A stretch of DNA of 62,655 bases, the filler included. It is 3 parts of 3 records of this genome, joined end to end, with 100 filler letters (N's around TTAATTAATTAA, not from the genome) between each part and the next. Parts side by side here need not be neighbours in the genome. Positions count along the whole stretch, not along the records: positions 46,765 to 62,655 come from SRR31156797_10060; 2 more parts are not named here. One strand, written 5' to 3'. Below the pieces are notes generated by a model. That model was given only the letters and a program-made list of their open reading frames with translations, was not told where the DNA came from and searched no databases. The position numbers and the translations under genes were made by a program. Below are positions 51,713-62,206 of this stretch, in pieces (position 1 is the first letter of the stretch; the number at the start of each line of letters is the position of its first letter).

Positions 51713-52555
51713 ATGAAGCGATCATTTATTTTCTTGATCTTGACCTTATTACTTGTTTCCTGCGCATCTTTGCCCGAATCAATAACATATGAATTGGAAA
51801 ACGCACCTTTTCCTCATCCGGAGAGAGCAAATGGACATACCTATAAAGGAAAGCTTTACCCTTATGAAAAGCATTATGCTGATTCTTCTGTTCTTGTCAT
51901 AATACCGGAAGCATATGAAAAATCCGAAACTGTAGATTTAATGATCTTTTTTCACGGTTGGGGAAATTCAAAAGATACATGTAACAAGAAATTTGATCTT
52001 TCTGTTCAATTGGAAAAAAGTGAACGGAATATGCTGCTTGTTATTCCCGAAGGCCCAAAATTTGCCCCGGATTCCTATAATGGTAAAGTTTGCGATGAAG
52101 GTGGTTTTAAACGAATGATCGATGAAATACTGCAAAATTTAAAGCAAGATGGGATCATTAAAGATAAACAGCTTGGTCGCATTCTGCTTTCAGGTCATAG
52201 TGGTGGTTACTATGCCATGGCGCATATCCTGCGTTGGGGCGGATACACGGAAAAGATTTCCGATGTCGTAATTTTTGATGGATTATACTGGTTGGAAGAG
52301 GATTACTTGAATTGGATCATGGATTATGATGGTCGCTTGATCAATATTTATACCGAAAATGGCGGGACGAAAGATAATAGCGAAATGTTCATGTCCTGGT
52401 GTGACTCACTGAATATTGATCATTATGTCGGAGAAACAGCAGGGCTTGGAAAAATGCCAGAAGACAGGATATTGATGCTATACAGTGATCTGGGACATAG
52501 CGATGTGATGCATAAAAGAAGTAATCTATTGAAGATTTTAGAATCGATGAAGTAA
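51713..52555 (+). CDS. Alpha/beta-hydrolase fold lipoprotein
   Basis: Lipobox LVSC, FFHGW, nucleophile GHSGG; AAGGAG RBS. Confidence 0.72.
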   Translation: MKRSFIFLILTLLLVSCASLPESITYELENAPFPHPERANGHTYKGKLYPYEKHYADSSVLVIIPEAYEKSETVDLMIFFHGWGNSKDTCNKKFDLSVQLEKSERNMLLVIPEGPKFAPDSYNGKVCDEGGFKRMIDEILQNLKQDGIIKDKQLGRILLSGHSGGYYAMAHILRWGGYTEKISDVVIFDGLYWLEEDYLNWIMDYDGRLINIYTENGGTKDNSEMFMSWCDSLNIDHYVGETAGLGKMPEDRILMLYSDLGHSDVMHKRSNLLKILESMK

Positions 52556-52573
52556 GAAAGTGAAACGTAAAAT

Positions 52574-52674
52574 AGCGCTGAGCTCTGGGCGCTGAGAAAA
52601 ATATTCCCCAGTGCTCCCCCTCTCAGTGCTCATTGCTTATTTCGAATGCTCTAATGTTCATTATTCGATATTCA
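52574..52674 (+). repeat. Heptamer-based inverted repeat between convergent genes
   Basis: AGCGCTG/AGCTCTG/GGCGCTG facing CAGTGCT x2 and CATTGCT, then TGTTCAT TATTCGA TATTC. Confidence 0.6.
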
Positions 52675-52682
52675 AAGGAAAC

Positions 52683-53858
52683 TCAAACCGATGATTTCAA
52701 TATCACTCTTATACAGGTCCCTTTTCCCTCCGCAGAGTGCAGAACAAATATTTTACCATTGTGATATTCTTCAATAATACGTTTTGTAAGTGATAGGCCC
52801 ATGCCCCAACCACGTTTTTTGGTACTGAATCCGGGTTTGAAAATGGTTTTCCATTGATTGTCCGGAATGCCTTTCCCACTATCTTCAACATCGATCACTA
52901 CCGATGAATTTGATTGTGAGAAATCAACCGATATTTTTCCGGGTTTGCCTTCCAGCGCATCGACGCCGTTCTTAATAAGATTTTCCAAGGCCCATTCCAG
53001 CAATTCGGAATTGGCATCGATCTTGCCTTTAACGTCCATCCCAAAGCTCAATTCAACCAATTTGTTCTTTTGCGGAATTCGTCTTTCAATGTAGCTCTTG
53101 ACGCTTTCAAATAGTTCTGCTGTTTCGATAGATTGTAGTTTTACCTTAGCGCCGATCTGTGAAAAACGGTTAGAGACCTTTTCGAGACGCTTGATATCAA
53201 TATCCATTTCAGTTGCGATCTCATTATCTTTTCCGAGTTTCAAACGCACCATTTCAAGCCAGCCCATCAATGAAGATATAGGTGTTCCAAGTTGGTGTGC
53301 GGTTTCTTTAGCAAGGCCGACCCAAATAAACTGTTTTTCACTGCTTCGGATATATTGGAAACCCATGAAACCCGCGAGAATGATCACAAAAGCCCCCAGG
53401 ATCTCGATAAATGGCAACCAGGTCAATTGCTTAATGGTCCAACTGTCTCCATAATGGATGATACCAACTGCATCATCATTGACCATTAAGGGTACCGCTT
53501 CGTTATTTTCATCCATGCGTTTTGAGATCGCGAGCAGTTTTTCTTCCAATTCGGGTGTAAGGTTCGCGGTATCTTCAATACTTCTGACATTTTTCCATGC
53601 ATTGATCTCTTCGGTTTCCGGAACCGTGATTATAATTGGGAAGGAGATTCTGGGTATGATCTCTTCAAAGAAAAAGCCGTAATCGGAAAATTCGGCATCT
53701 CCTGCCAGTCGGGCATACAGCTCGGTGTAGAAGATCAAGGATTGTTCGGACTCCTCCCTTAGATCGCTAACGATGGAATTTGAATAAAAAAGAACGCCTC
53801 CGGCAAAAATTAGAGCAACCGCAATTAATATGAATTTGATCCGGGATGTATTGAACAT
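52683..53858 (-). CDS. Membrane sensor histidine kinase (PorY-like)
   Basis: Two TMs, H-box KETAHQLGTPISSL, ENLIKNGVDA, DSGKGI, GWGMGL. Confidence 0.88.
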   Translation of the reverse strand: MFNTSRIKFILIAVALIFAGGVLFYSNSIVSDLREESEQSLIFYTELYARLAGDAEFSDYGFFFEEIIPRISFPIIITVPETEEINAWKNVRSIEDTANLTPELEEKLLAISKRMDENNEAVPLMVNDDAVGIIHYGDSWTIKQLTWLPFIEILGAFVIILAGFMGFQYIRSSEKQFIWVGLAKETAHQLGTPISSLMGWLEMVRLKLGKDNEIATEMDIDIKRLEKVSNRFSQIGAKVKLQSIETAELFESVKSYIERRIPQKNKLVELSFGMDVKGKIDANSELLEWALENLIKNGVDALEGKPGKISVDFSQSNSSVVIDVEDSGKGIPDNQWKTIFKPGFSTKKRGWGMGLSLTKRIIEEYHNGKIFVLHSAEGKGTCIRVILKSSV

Positions 53859-53950
53859 AGATGATTCCTTGTTGTTTAGAGAAAATAAAAATATATTTAT
53901 CCAGTAGCAAAGGTTTATTAATGTGAAAAAACATGCAAGAGTTTCCCAAT

Positions 53951-55102
53951 ATGAAAATTTTAAATAAAATATTGATCGTATTTTTATCTCAAATAATTTT
54001 GCTTTGCGCCCAGTCTTTGACCACTTGGGAGATAAAAGTAGCGGTTCCGGATAATACTCCCGATGATGCCGGGATTTATATTGCGGGTAATTTCAATGAA
54101 TGGGATCCCGGTAATGAAGAATATAGATTAACATCAATTGGAGATGAAACTTATTACATAAAATTAGATCTACCGGCAAGCAGGGTGGAATTTAAGTTCA
54201 CAAAAGGAAGCTGGGGAGAAGTTGAAGTCATGAATGACGGAAGTAATATTGATAATAGGAGTGAAATTCTATCCGAACCGATGATCAAAAATAATTACAA
54301 AATTCAAGCCTGGTCAAGTCCAAGGCAGATAAAAAATATTGTCGGTAATGTAATCGTAATTGAGGATTTCGACATCCCTCAATTGAACAGAAACCGAAGG
54401 ATTTGGATTTATTTGCCGCCGGGTTATGAAGAAAGCAATAAAAGATATCCTGTGCTTTATATGCATGACGGTCAAAACCTATTTGCAGATTCCACTTCCT
54501 TTTCAGGTGAATGGGGGGTAGATGAGACGCTTGAGCGTATGATCGCAGAAAAGAGCATCTCCAAAATGATCGTGGTGGGAATTGATAATTCCATTCATCG
54601 CTTAAGTGAGTACTCACCCTTTGATTTTGAATACAAAGGTGTTCATAAGGGGGAAGCAGTTCAATACGGACAATTTATTGTAGAGACCTTAAAACCTTAT
54701 ATTGATGAACAGTACCGTACAAAATCCGGTAGAAAATATACCGCGATATCGGGTTCGTCAATGGGTGGTTTAGTTTCGGTATATATTGCAGTGGAACATC
54801 AAGAAGTATTTTCCAAAGTCGGGGCTCTGTCATCGGCTTTTGGAGTATGCCGGGATGACCTGCTTGATTATATTAATGAACATCCTAAACGATATCCCAT
54901 CCGTTTCTGGCTTGATCTGGGTTCTTTTGAAGGCGAAGAAATGGAATATGATGTTAATCAGAGTCCGGTAATCGAGGCGTTGATAGAAGCGGGCTGGAAA
55001 GAAAAAAAAGAAGTTAAATTTACCATGTATGAGGGTGCAAGACACCATGAAAGGTATTGGCGGGAGCGCTTTAACGAGGTGCTTCTGTATTTGTTTAAAT
55101 AA
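53951..55102 (+). CDS. Secreted CBM20-like domain plus esterase (alpha/beta hydrolase)
   Basis: Signal peptide, IYIAGNFNEW..EFKFTKGSW, YPVLYMHDGQNLF, GSSMGG. Confidence 0.82.
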   Translation: MKILNKILIVFLSQIILLCAQSLTTWEIKVAVPDNTPDDAGIYIAGNFNEWDPGNEEYRLTSIGDETYYIKLDLPASRVEFKFTKGSWGEVEVMNDGSNIDNRSEILSEPMIKNNYKIQAWSSPRQIKNIVGNVIVIEDFDIPQLNRNRRIWIYLPPGYEESNKRYPVLYMHDGQNLFADSTSFSGEWGVDETLERMIAEKSISKMIVVGIDNSIHRLSEYSPFDFEYKGVHKGEAVQYGQFIVETLKPYIDEQYRTKSGRKYTAISGSSMGGLVSVYIAVEHQEVFSKVGALSSAFGVCRDDLLDYINEHPKRYPIRFWLDLGSFEGEEMEYDVNQSPVIEALIEAGWKEKKEVKFTMYEGARHHERYWRERFNEVLLYLFK

Positions 55103-57183
55103 TGTATAAAGATCCCAACATCAATGTGATCGATCTTCCCTTGATCGGTGAAAAAAGACGCCAGGCTTTGGCGACTGTTGGAGTACATACTCTTGAAGAT
55201 CTGCTATATTATGTGCCTAGAGCTTATTTGGATAGGTCCTCTGTAAAACCCATTGGTCAATTGCTTGTCGGAGAAGAATGCACAGTGGTGGGTGTTGTTC
55301 AGCGCATAAGGCTGATACCAGCTAAGAAAAGAAAGATACTGAAGATCGAGATCATGGATAGTTCCGGTATTTTAACCTTGAACTGGTTTCATGGCAGTGA
55401 ATGGATACAAAAGACATTTCAACCGGGTGATATGGTATCGGTTTTCGGCAAAGTGGAATTCTTTCGTGGAAATACGATGACGCATCCTGATTTTGATATA
55501 ATAGACCCCAATAAAGATGCTTTAAATACCGGCGGGGTCATACCTGTATACTCTTTAACTCAGGATCTGCGTAAATCGGGCTTTACATCCCGGTCTTTCA
55601 GAAAACTTTTTGCGGAGCTTCTGGATAAATTGCATCCGGAATATCCCGATCCATTGCCTTTGAATATTATAGAAAAAGAGAAATTATTACCCTTTATAGC
55701 GGCTATTCGTCAAATGCATTTCCCTGAATCTGCAGAAATACTTCACACAGCTCAATATCGTTTTAAATATCAGGAAGCATTGATGCTTCAGACCCTTGTC
55801 TCGATCAAAAGGATGAAGATCAAAGAGCAAAACAATAAAGTGAAATGCGAAAAAGCCGGTGAGATCCTGAAAGACATGTATGAAAATCTGCCCTTTGAAC
55901 CGACCGATGCTCAAAAACGGGTCTTGAAAGAAATATTTGCCGATCTGAAAACCGGTACACCTATGAATAGATTATTACAGGGTGATGTAGGAAGTGGAAA
56001 AACATTGGTTGCCGCCATGGCTGCTGCGATCATGACCGCCAACGGATATCAGACTGCCATTATGGCACCCACCGAGATCTTGGCGAACCAGCATTACGAG
56101 CATTTTAAAAGCGAGTTTGATCGGCTTAGAGTCCCTTGTTGCCTCTTAACCGGCAAAACAACGAAAAAGCAACGGGAAAATTTACTCAAAGCCATAAAAG
56201 AGGGATCGATCCCTATCGTGATCGGAACTCATGCTCTTATCCAGGAAGATGTAGAATTTAAACATCTTGGACTTGTTATTATTGATGAGCAGCACCGCTT
56301 TGGTGTTGACCAAAGAGGGGCATTGATCAAAAAAGGACCACCGCCGCACACCCTGGCTATGACGGCTACTCCTATTCCAAGAACCTTGAGCATGACGCTT
56401 TACGGCGATATGGATGTTTCCATCATTGATGAAATGCCCAAAGGTAGAATACCTGTCAGGACAAAGGTGGTTTTGCCTTCACGTTTGCCGGGGGTTTACG
56501 ATTTTTTTGAGAAGGAAATGGATGTAGGTAGACAAATATACGTTGTATATCCTTTGATCGCCGAATCGGAAAAAATGGATTTAAAAGCTGCCGAAAAGGG
56601 ATATGAAGAATTAAAAGAACGATTTATAAAATATAAGATCGCTTTATTGCATGGTAAAACAAAAAAAGATGAGAAAAAAGCGATCATGCAGAGCTTTGTT
56701 GAAAATAAGATCAACTTATTGGTCAGCACGACCGTTATTGAAGTTGGGGTGAATAATCCCAATGCATCGGTGATGTTGATAGAGAATGCCGAGCGTTTCG
56801 GACTGAGTCAATTGCACCAGCTTCGAGGTCGTGTGGGCCGGGGGAGTGAGGCTTCGTGGTGCATTCTGGTACAGGGGAATCGATCACCTCTGTCAGAAGA
56901 ACGCTTAAGGATCATGGAGATGACCCATGACGGATTTTTGATTTCCGAGGAAGATCTTAAACAAAGAGGTCAGGGTGATATTTTCGGTTCGCGGCAGCAT
57001 GGTATGCCGGACTTAAAATTTTTGAATATATATTCCGATCAGATGATCGTGGAAGAAGCAAGAACACAGGCTATGATAATGATCGAAAATGATAAGCAAC
57101 TGCAAAAGTCCTCGAATGCTGAATTCAGGAGGTTTTTTCTGGAGCATTACTCGAATAAGTTAGATTACGCTGATATTGGATAA
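55102..57183 (+). CDS. recG: ATP-dependent DNA helicase RecG
   Basis: LLQGDVGSGKT, DEQHRFG, MTATPIPR, QLHQLRGRVGRG. Confidence 0.96.
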   Translation: MYKDPNINVIDLPLIGEKRRQALATVGVHTLEDLLYYVPRAYLDRSSVKPIGQLLVGEECTVVGVVQRIRLIPAKKRKILKIEIMDSSGILTLNWFHGSEWIQKTFQPGDMVSVFGKVEFFRGNTMTHPDFDIIDPNKDALNTGGVIPVYSLTQDLRKSGFTSRSFRKLFAELLDKLHPEYPDPLPLNIIEKEKLLPFIAAIRQMHFPESAEILHTAQYRFKYQEALMLQTLVSIKRMKIKEQNNKVKCEKAGEILKDMYENLPFEPTDAQKRVLKEIFADLKTGTPMNRLLQGDVGSGKTLVAAMAAAIMTANGYQTAIMAPTEILANQHYEHFKSEFDRLRVPCCLLTGKTTKKQRENLLKAIKEGSIPIVIGTHALIQEDVEFKHLGLVIIDEQHRFGVDQRGALIKKGPPPHTLAMTATPIPRTLSMTLYGDMDVSIIDEMPKGRIPVRTKVVLPSRLPGVYDFFEKEMDVGRQIYVVYPLIAESEKMDLKAAEKGYEELKERFIKYKIALLHGKTKKDEKKAIMQSFVENKINLLVSTTVIEVGVNNPNASVMLIENAERFGLSQLHQLRGRVGRGSEASWCILVQGNRSPLSEERLRIMEMTHDGFLISEEDLKQRGQGDIFGSRQHGMPDLKFLNIYSDQMIVEEARTQAMIMIENDKQLQKSSNAEFRRFFLEHYSNKLDYADIG

Positions 57184-57190
57184 TACAAAA

Positions 57191-57227
57191 AATAAAGATT
57201 GAGCCAATTATTGGGTCAATCTTTATT
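57191..57227 (+). terminator. Hairpin terminator after recG
   Basis: AATAAAGATTGAGCCAAT-T-ATTGGGTCAATCTTTATT (one mismatch) followed by T-rich tail. Confidence 0.7.
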
Positions 57228-57351
57228 GTTCTTTTGGAACACTTCTCATTTAAATAGCATTTATAAGCAGTGTTTTCACATAGTTTTTATTGTTATACTT
57301 TATAATTAGAATTAAATTAACAATCTGGAAAGAATAATTGGAGAAATTAAG

Positions 57352-57693
57352 ATGAACGATAAGATCACCAGCGGACAATTGTTTATGGGTTTAGTATACA
57401 GTTTAACCCAATCCGCATTCATTTCATTGGGTAAATTACCCGATCCCATGACCGGAAATATTGAACGCAATTTACCTCAGGCTTCTCAAACGATCGATCT
57501 TCTTGCTGCATTGGAAGAAAAGACCAAAGGAAATCTTGATGAAGAGGAAGATAAGTTTCTTGCTCGAACCATTTCCGATCTTCGTTTGAATTATGTTGAT
57601 GAAGTTAATAAACCGGAGGAATCACCCTCTGCTGAAGCTTCGTCTGAAAAGGAAGAAAAAGAGTCTGAAGAAAAAACAGACGATTCAAAATAA
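57352..57693 (+). CDS. DUF1844 family protein
   Basis: LGKLPDPMTG, IDLLAALEEKTKGNL, LRLNYV. Confidence 0.8.
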   Translation: MNDKITSGQLFMGLVYSLTQSAFISLGKLPDPMTGNIERNLPQASQTIDLLAALEEKTKGNLDEEEDKFLARTISDLRLNYVDEVNKPEESPSAEASSEKEEKESEEKTDDSK

Positions 57694-57709
57694 TATTTGA
57701 AAAAGGATT

Positions 57710-60358
57710 ATGATGTTAATTGACAAGATCAAACAAGCGAATAAAATGAAATTGGGCTTTGGGCTAGCCTCTTTGATCATTTCATTTATAGTTTATATGT
57801 TAACAATGGCACCTACCGTGTCATTTTGGGATTGCGGTGAATTTATCGCATGTTCCGCAACCTTATCTGTACCGCACCCTCCCGGTGCACCTCTGTTCCT
57901 GCTATTTGGCAGGATCTTTGCAATGATACCTTTTTCATCGGACATTGCATTCAGGACGAATGTATTTTCAGTTCTTGCATCTGCAGCAACGATCATTCTC
58001 CTCTATTACAGCATTATTTTGCTGATAGAACGCTTTCGTGGAAAATCTGAATCAGTTAAAGATCAATTTATTGTCTATGTCTCTGCCTTTATCGGTGCGA
58101 TGGCTTTTGCTTTTTCAGACAGTCATTGGTTCAATGCAGTAGAAACCGAAGTTTATGCAATGAGTACCTTGTTGACAGCTTTGACGGTATGGCTGGTATT
58201 GAAGTGGGATGCAGCGGATATCCAAGGAAAACACGGAGAAAAATACCTTTTATTCTTGTTCTATTCACTTGGCATTGCTGTTGGAATTCACCTTCTAAAT
58301 ATTCTGGCGATACCCTTTATCGCATTGATCATTTATTTCCGTTATTCGAAATTTGAAGTAAAAAGCTTTGTTGGTGTTACCGCGCTTGCCGGGGTCATTT
58401 ACCTGATCATCCATAAAGGTATTATTGACGGCACTCCGGAGATCGCAAAAATGATCAATATCAATCCGGCTGCCGTATCTTTCCCCTTGGCCTTATTGGT
58501 CCTGGCCGCAATATTAATAGCATTTTTCTTTATTTTTGGCCGGGCTTTCCGCTCACGACCCATTGCCGCAAAATGGAGCCGTTTGGTCACTCTTGGCCTT
58601 ATTTTGATCTTAGTGGGTTATTCTAGCTATGAAATGATCTTCATCCGTTCCTTGAAGAATCCCGGAATCGATGAAAATGATCCCGAAACCGTTTCTGCCG
58701 CCGTATCATATTTGCATCGTGAACAATATGGACAGCATTCATGGGACAGAGAAGATGCAATGGCTCAGAATAAAAGCAATGTACAATACAAAAACTCATT
58801 TGACTTTTTCTGGCGTTATCAGTTCAAACGTATGTATGTCCGTTATTTTAATTGGCAATACATGGGACGTGCAGAAGGTGGCGGAGTCGGCTGGAGTGGT
58901 GCCGAAGTTGATATGCGGCAATTACTGGCCCTTCCATTCCTCTTTGGTATGATAGGAGCGTTTTTCCACTTCTCAAGGGATTGGAAGCGGGCATTGCCTG
59001 TACTTGCGCTCTTTGTAATGACGGGATTGGCCATTGTGCTGTATGTGAACAATCCCGATCCGCAGCCCAGGGAGAGGGATTACTCCTATGTAGGAAGTTT
59101 TATGACCTTTGCGATATGGATCGGATTGGGCGCATTTGCGCTATTCGATACAGCCGACAGATTTCTTAAAAAAGAAAAGCTCAAAAAGATCCTGATCCCG
59201 ATTATTTCTGTTCTTCTACTTGTTGCACTTCCTCTTAATCTTTTGCTTGCGAACTACGAATCACACAGCAGAAAAGGAAATTACGTTGCATCCGATTATG
59301 CATACAATCTTTTGAACTCTTGTGAAGAGGGAGCGATCCTGTTCACTAATGGTGATAACGATACCTTCCCCTTATGGTATATGCAAGAAGTGGAAAAATT
59401 TCGCAAAGATGTTAAAGTTGTAAATCTCAGTCTTTTGAATACACCTTGGTACATTAAACAGCTTAAAAATGCGGATCCTAAATTGCCTTTACGCTGGACT
59501 GATGCGCAGATCAATACCATCAGGCCAATTCCCTGGAAAACACAGGAATTTTCTACAGCCGGCTTGACCTTTACGGTTAAACCGACATATGCCGGTCAAT
59601 ATTTGAGAGTGCAGGATCTAATGATCCTTGAATTGATCAGAATATCAAATTGGGAAATACCCATTTATTTTGCTGTGACGGTTTCGAAGAATTCCAGAGT
59701 TGGACTTGATAATTACATGTCCATGGAAGGTCAGGTGATGAGATTATATGATCATAAAGTTGAACCGATCGATGAAGACAAGATCCATGAGAATTTCACA
59801 TCAAATTACAAATTCAGGAATTTGAATAATCCGGAGATCTATTTTAGTCCGAACACCCAACGTCTCATGCAGAATTACCGTACTGCCGTATTGCAGGCGG
59901 CAATGAAATTCATTGACGACGGTAAAGAAGATAAAGCCCGGGAAATACTTGATGCTATTGAAGTAAAGATCCCTGAAGCGATCATTCCACAATATCATCC
60001 CGAACTAAGCTTGCAAACCGGACGTTTACTGTATCAACTGGGTGATACGGCAGAATATCAACAGCGTATTGATGATGTGTTGGGTCAGGAGAATCTTGAT
60101 CAACGGACATTAATGTTGATCTCTCAGGAATTGGTCTACACACTTGGTGAATATGATAAAGCCGAAAAGATATTATTACCTATGTATCGCCAGGACCCCT
60201 ACAATAATTGGGTAGCCGGTACACTGGTAAGATTATATCGTGATACCAAAGATTACGCAGCAGCTCTGAATATTCTTGGAAGCTGGCTGAAAATGGCTCC
60301 GAATGATCATCAGGCTCAAGCATTGAAAGTACAGATCGAAGCAATGGCAAATGAATGA
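57710..60358 (+). CDS. DUF2723/TMEM260-like GT-C membrane glycosyltransferase with TPR-like C-terminus
   Basis: WDCGEFI, HPPGAPLF, ETEVY, RERDYSY, NGDNDTFPLWY; many TMs. Confidence 0.85.
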   Translation: MMLIDKIKQANKMKLGFGLASLIISFIVYMLTMAPTVSFWDCGEFIACSATLSVPHPPGAPLFLLFGRIFAMIPFSSDIAFRTNVFSVLASAATIILLYYSIILLIERFRGKSESVKDQFIVYVSAFIGAMAFAFSDSHWFNAVETEVYAMSTLLTALTVWLVLKWDAADIQGKHGEKYLLFLFYSLGIAVGIHLLNILAIPFIALIIYFRYSKFEVKSFVGVTALAGVIYLIIHKGIIDGTPEIAKMININPAAVSFPLALLVLAAILIAFFFIFGRAFRSRPIAAKWSRLVTLGLILILVGYSSYEMIFIRSLKNPGIDENDPETVSAAVSYLHREQYGQHSWDREDAMAQNKSNVQYKNSFDFFWRYQFKRMYVRYFNWQYMGRAEGGGVGWSGAEVDMRQLLALPFLFGMIGAFFHFSRDWKRALPVLALFVMTGLAIVLYVNNPDPQPRERDYSYVGSFMTFAIWIGLGAFALFDTADRFLKKEKLKKILIPIISVLLLVALPLNLLLANYESHSRKGNYVASDYAYNLLNSCEEGAILFTNGDNDTFPLWYMQEVEKFRKDVKVVNLSLLNTPWYIKQLKNADPKLPLRWTDAQINTIRPIPWKTQEFSTAGLTFTVKPTYAGQYLRVQDLMILELIRISNWEIPIYFAVTVSKNSRVGLDNYMSMEGQVMRLYDHKVEPIDEDKIHENFTSNYKFRNLNNPEIYFSPNTQRLMQNYRTAVLQAAMKFIDDGKEDKAREILDAIEVKIPEAIIPQYHPELSLQTGRLLYQLGDTAEYQQRIDDVLGQENLDQRTLMLISQELVYTLGEYDKAEKILLPMYRQDPYNNWVAGTLVRLYRDTKDYAAALNILGSWLKMAPNDHQAQALKVQIEAMANE

Positions 60359-61431
60359 TATATGCCTGTCGGGATAAAACGGAAATTCAGGTAAAGGAAA
60401 AAGTGGCTGTTGTGCTGTTAAGCTACAATAGCCGGGAGTATTTGGAACGCTTTCTGCCTTTTGTTCTAAAAACGGACTATCAAGATTATCGCTTGATCAT
60501 CGTTGATAATGCTTCCACAGATGATACGCAGGATTTTCTAAAAAAAGAGTATCCCGATATTGATATTTTGGAAATTGACGTTAACCGCGGATTTACCAAT
60601 GGTTTCGTTGAATCTTTGGCTTGTATCAAAGCTGAATATTATGCTTTATTGACATCTGATGTTGAGGTTTCACCCAATTGGTTGGGACCACTTGTAGAAG
60701 CTATGGATGCCGACAAAGATCTTGGCGCTTGTCAACCAAAGATCAAAGCATATAAAGAACGAGATGCTTTTGAATATGCGGGTGCCTGCGGCGGTTTTAT
60801 GGATAAATTTGGCTATATGTTCTGCCGTGGCAGGATATTTGACCAAGTTGAAAAAGACACCGGTCAATATGACTTACCTCTAGATGTATTCTGGACCAGC
60901 GGAGCAGTTTTTCTTCTTCGCTCGGAAGTATATCATAAGGTCGGCGGTTTTGATAATGACTTTTTTGCACATATGGAAGAAATTGACCTATGCTGGAAGA
61001 TCCAGCGTGCGGGATACGGACTTAAAGCCATCCCCGCATCAGAAGTCTATCACGTAGGCGGTTCGGTTATCCTGTATGGCAGTACTGAAAAGACCTACCA
61101 TAATTACAGGAATAACTTGATCATGTTGACAAAACATCTTCCTGCCGGACGTCTGATTTGGATGATCCCGTGGAGATTGCTGCTTGATCTGGTATCAGGT
61201 TTTCAAGCTCTGCTTTCCGGCAAGAGTGCCGATATGGGCGCGATCTTAAAAGCGCACAGGCATTATTGGAGATCATGGGCTAAGTGGCTTGGAAAAAGGA
61301 AAGAAATTATTTCCAATGTACCTTATAGAAAACTAAAAGGTATTTATAACAAGTCAATCGTATGGCAGTTTTTTGTAAAGGGAAGAAAGAAATACTCGGA
61401 ATTGCCGGGTAATTTGAATAAAGGAGAATGA
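60355..61431 (+). CDS. GT2 family glycosyltransferase
   Basis: VDNASTD, FEYAGACGG, FFAHMEEIDLCW, YHVGG. Confidence 0.88.
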   Translation: MIYACRDKTEIQVKEKVAVVLLSYNSREYLERFLPFVLKTDYQDYRLIIVDNASTDDTQDFLKKEYPDIDILEIDVNRGFTNGFVESLACIKAEYYALLTSDVEVSPNWLGPLVEAMDADKDLGACQPKIKAYKERDAFEYAGACGGFMDKFGYMFCRGRIFDQVEKDTGQYDLPLDVFWTSGAVFLLRSEVYHKVGGFDNDFFAHMEEIDLCWKIQRAGYGLKAIPASEVYHVGGSVILYGSTEKTYHNYRNNLIMLTKHLPAGRLIWMIPWRLLLDLVSGFQALLSGKSADMGAILKAHRHYWRSWAKWLGKRKEIISNVPYRKLKGIYNKSIVWQFFVKGRKKYSELPGNLNKGE

Positions 61432-61432
61432 A

Positions 61433-62206
61433 ATGAAAGTGGTCATTTTTGCCGGCGGTAAAGGAAGTCGGATATCTGAAGAATCGGTACTTAGACCCAA
61501 ACCAATGATCGAAATTGGGGGCAAACCGATCTTATGGCACATAATGAAGCATTATGCAGCCTATGGTCATAATGAATTTGTGATATGCCTGGGATATAAG
61601 GGCGAAATGATCAAAGAATTCTTTCTTAATTATTTTGCGCATCATTCCGACCTGACCATTGACATGAAAGACAATAAGGTCAAGATCAGTGATTCCTCAT
61701 GTGAGGAGTTCAAAGTAAGTCTGGTTGATACGGGTTTAGAGACCATGACAGCCGGCCGTTTGAAAAGAGTGAAAAAATATCTGGATAATGAACCCTTTAT
61801 GCTCACATATGGTGATGGTGTTTCAGATGTTGACATTAATAAGCTGATCGAATTTCATAAAGAAAAGAAAAGCATGGTCACCATGACCGGTATTCAACCC
61901 CAAAGTCGATTTGGTATTCTGGATATTGATGATGAAGATATGGTCCTGACCTTTCAGGAAAAACCCAAGAACGAGAATGTTTGGATCAACGGTGGTTTCT
62001 TTGTGATCGAACCCGATGTATTTGAGCATTTATACGAAGATGCTGATGATATCATGTGGGAAAGACAACCGCTTGAGGATATTTGCGAAAAAAGACAATT
62101 AACCGTTTATAAGCATTATGGTTTCTGGAAATGCATGGATACCATGAGAGATAAGATCGAATTGAATGATCTGTGGGAAAAAGATCCGAAATGGAAGAAT
62201 TGGTAA
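61433..62206 (+). CDS. rfbF: Glucose-1-phosphate cytidylyltransferase
   Basis: AGGKGSRISEE, PKPMIEIG, TYGDG, FWKCMDTMRD. Confidence 0.93.
   Translation: MKVVIFAGGKGSRISEESVLRPKPMIEIGGKPILWHIMKHYAAYGHNEFVICLGYKGEMIKEFFLNYFAHHSDLTIDMKDNKVKISDSSCEEFKVSLVDTGLETMTAGRLKRVKKYLDNEPFMLTYGDGVSDVDINKLIEFHKEKKSMVTMTGIQPQSRFGILDIDDEDMVLTFQEKPKNENVWINGGFFVIEPDVFEHLYEDADDIMWERQPLEDICEKRQLTVYKHYGFWKCMDTMRDKIELNDLWEKDPKWKNW

Noticed and set aside
402-62029. Numerous 60-120 aa ORFs overlapping or antisense to identified genes
   Set aside because: Shadow frames of well-supported genes with no RBS or family motifs
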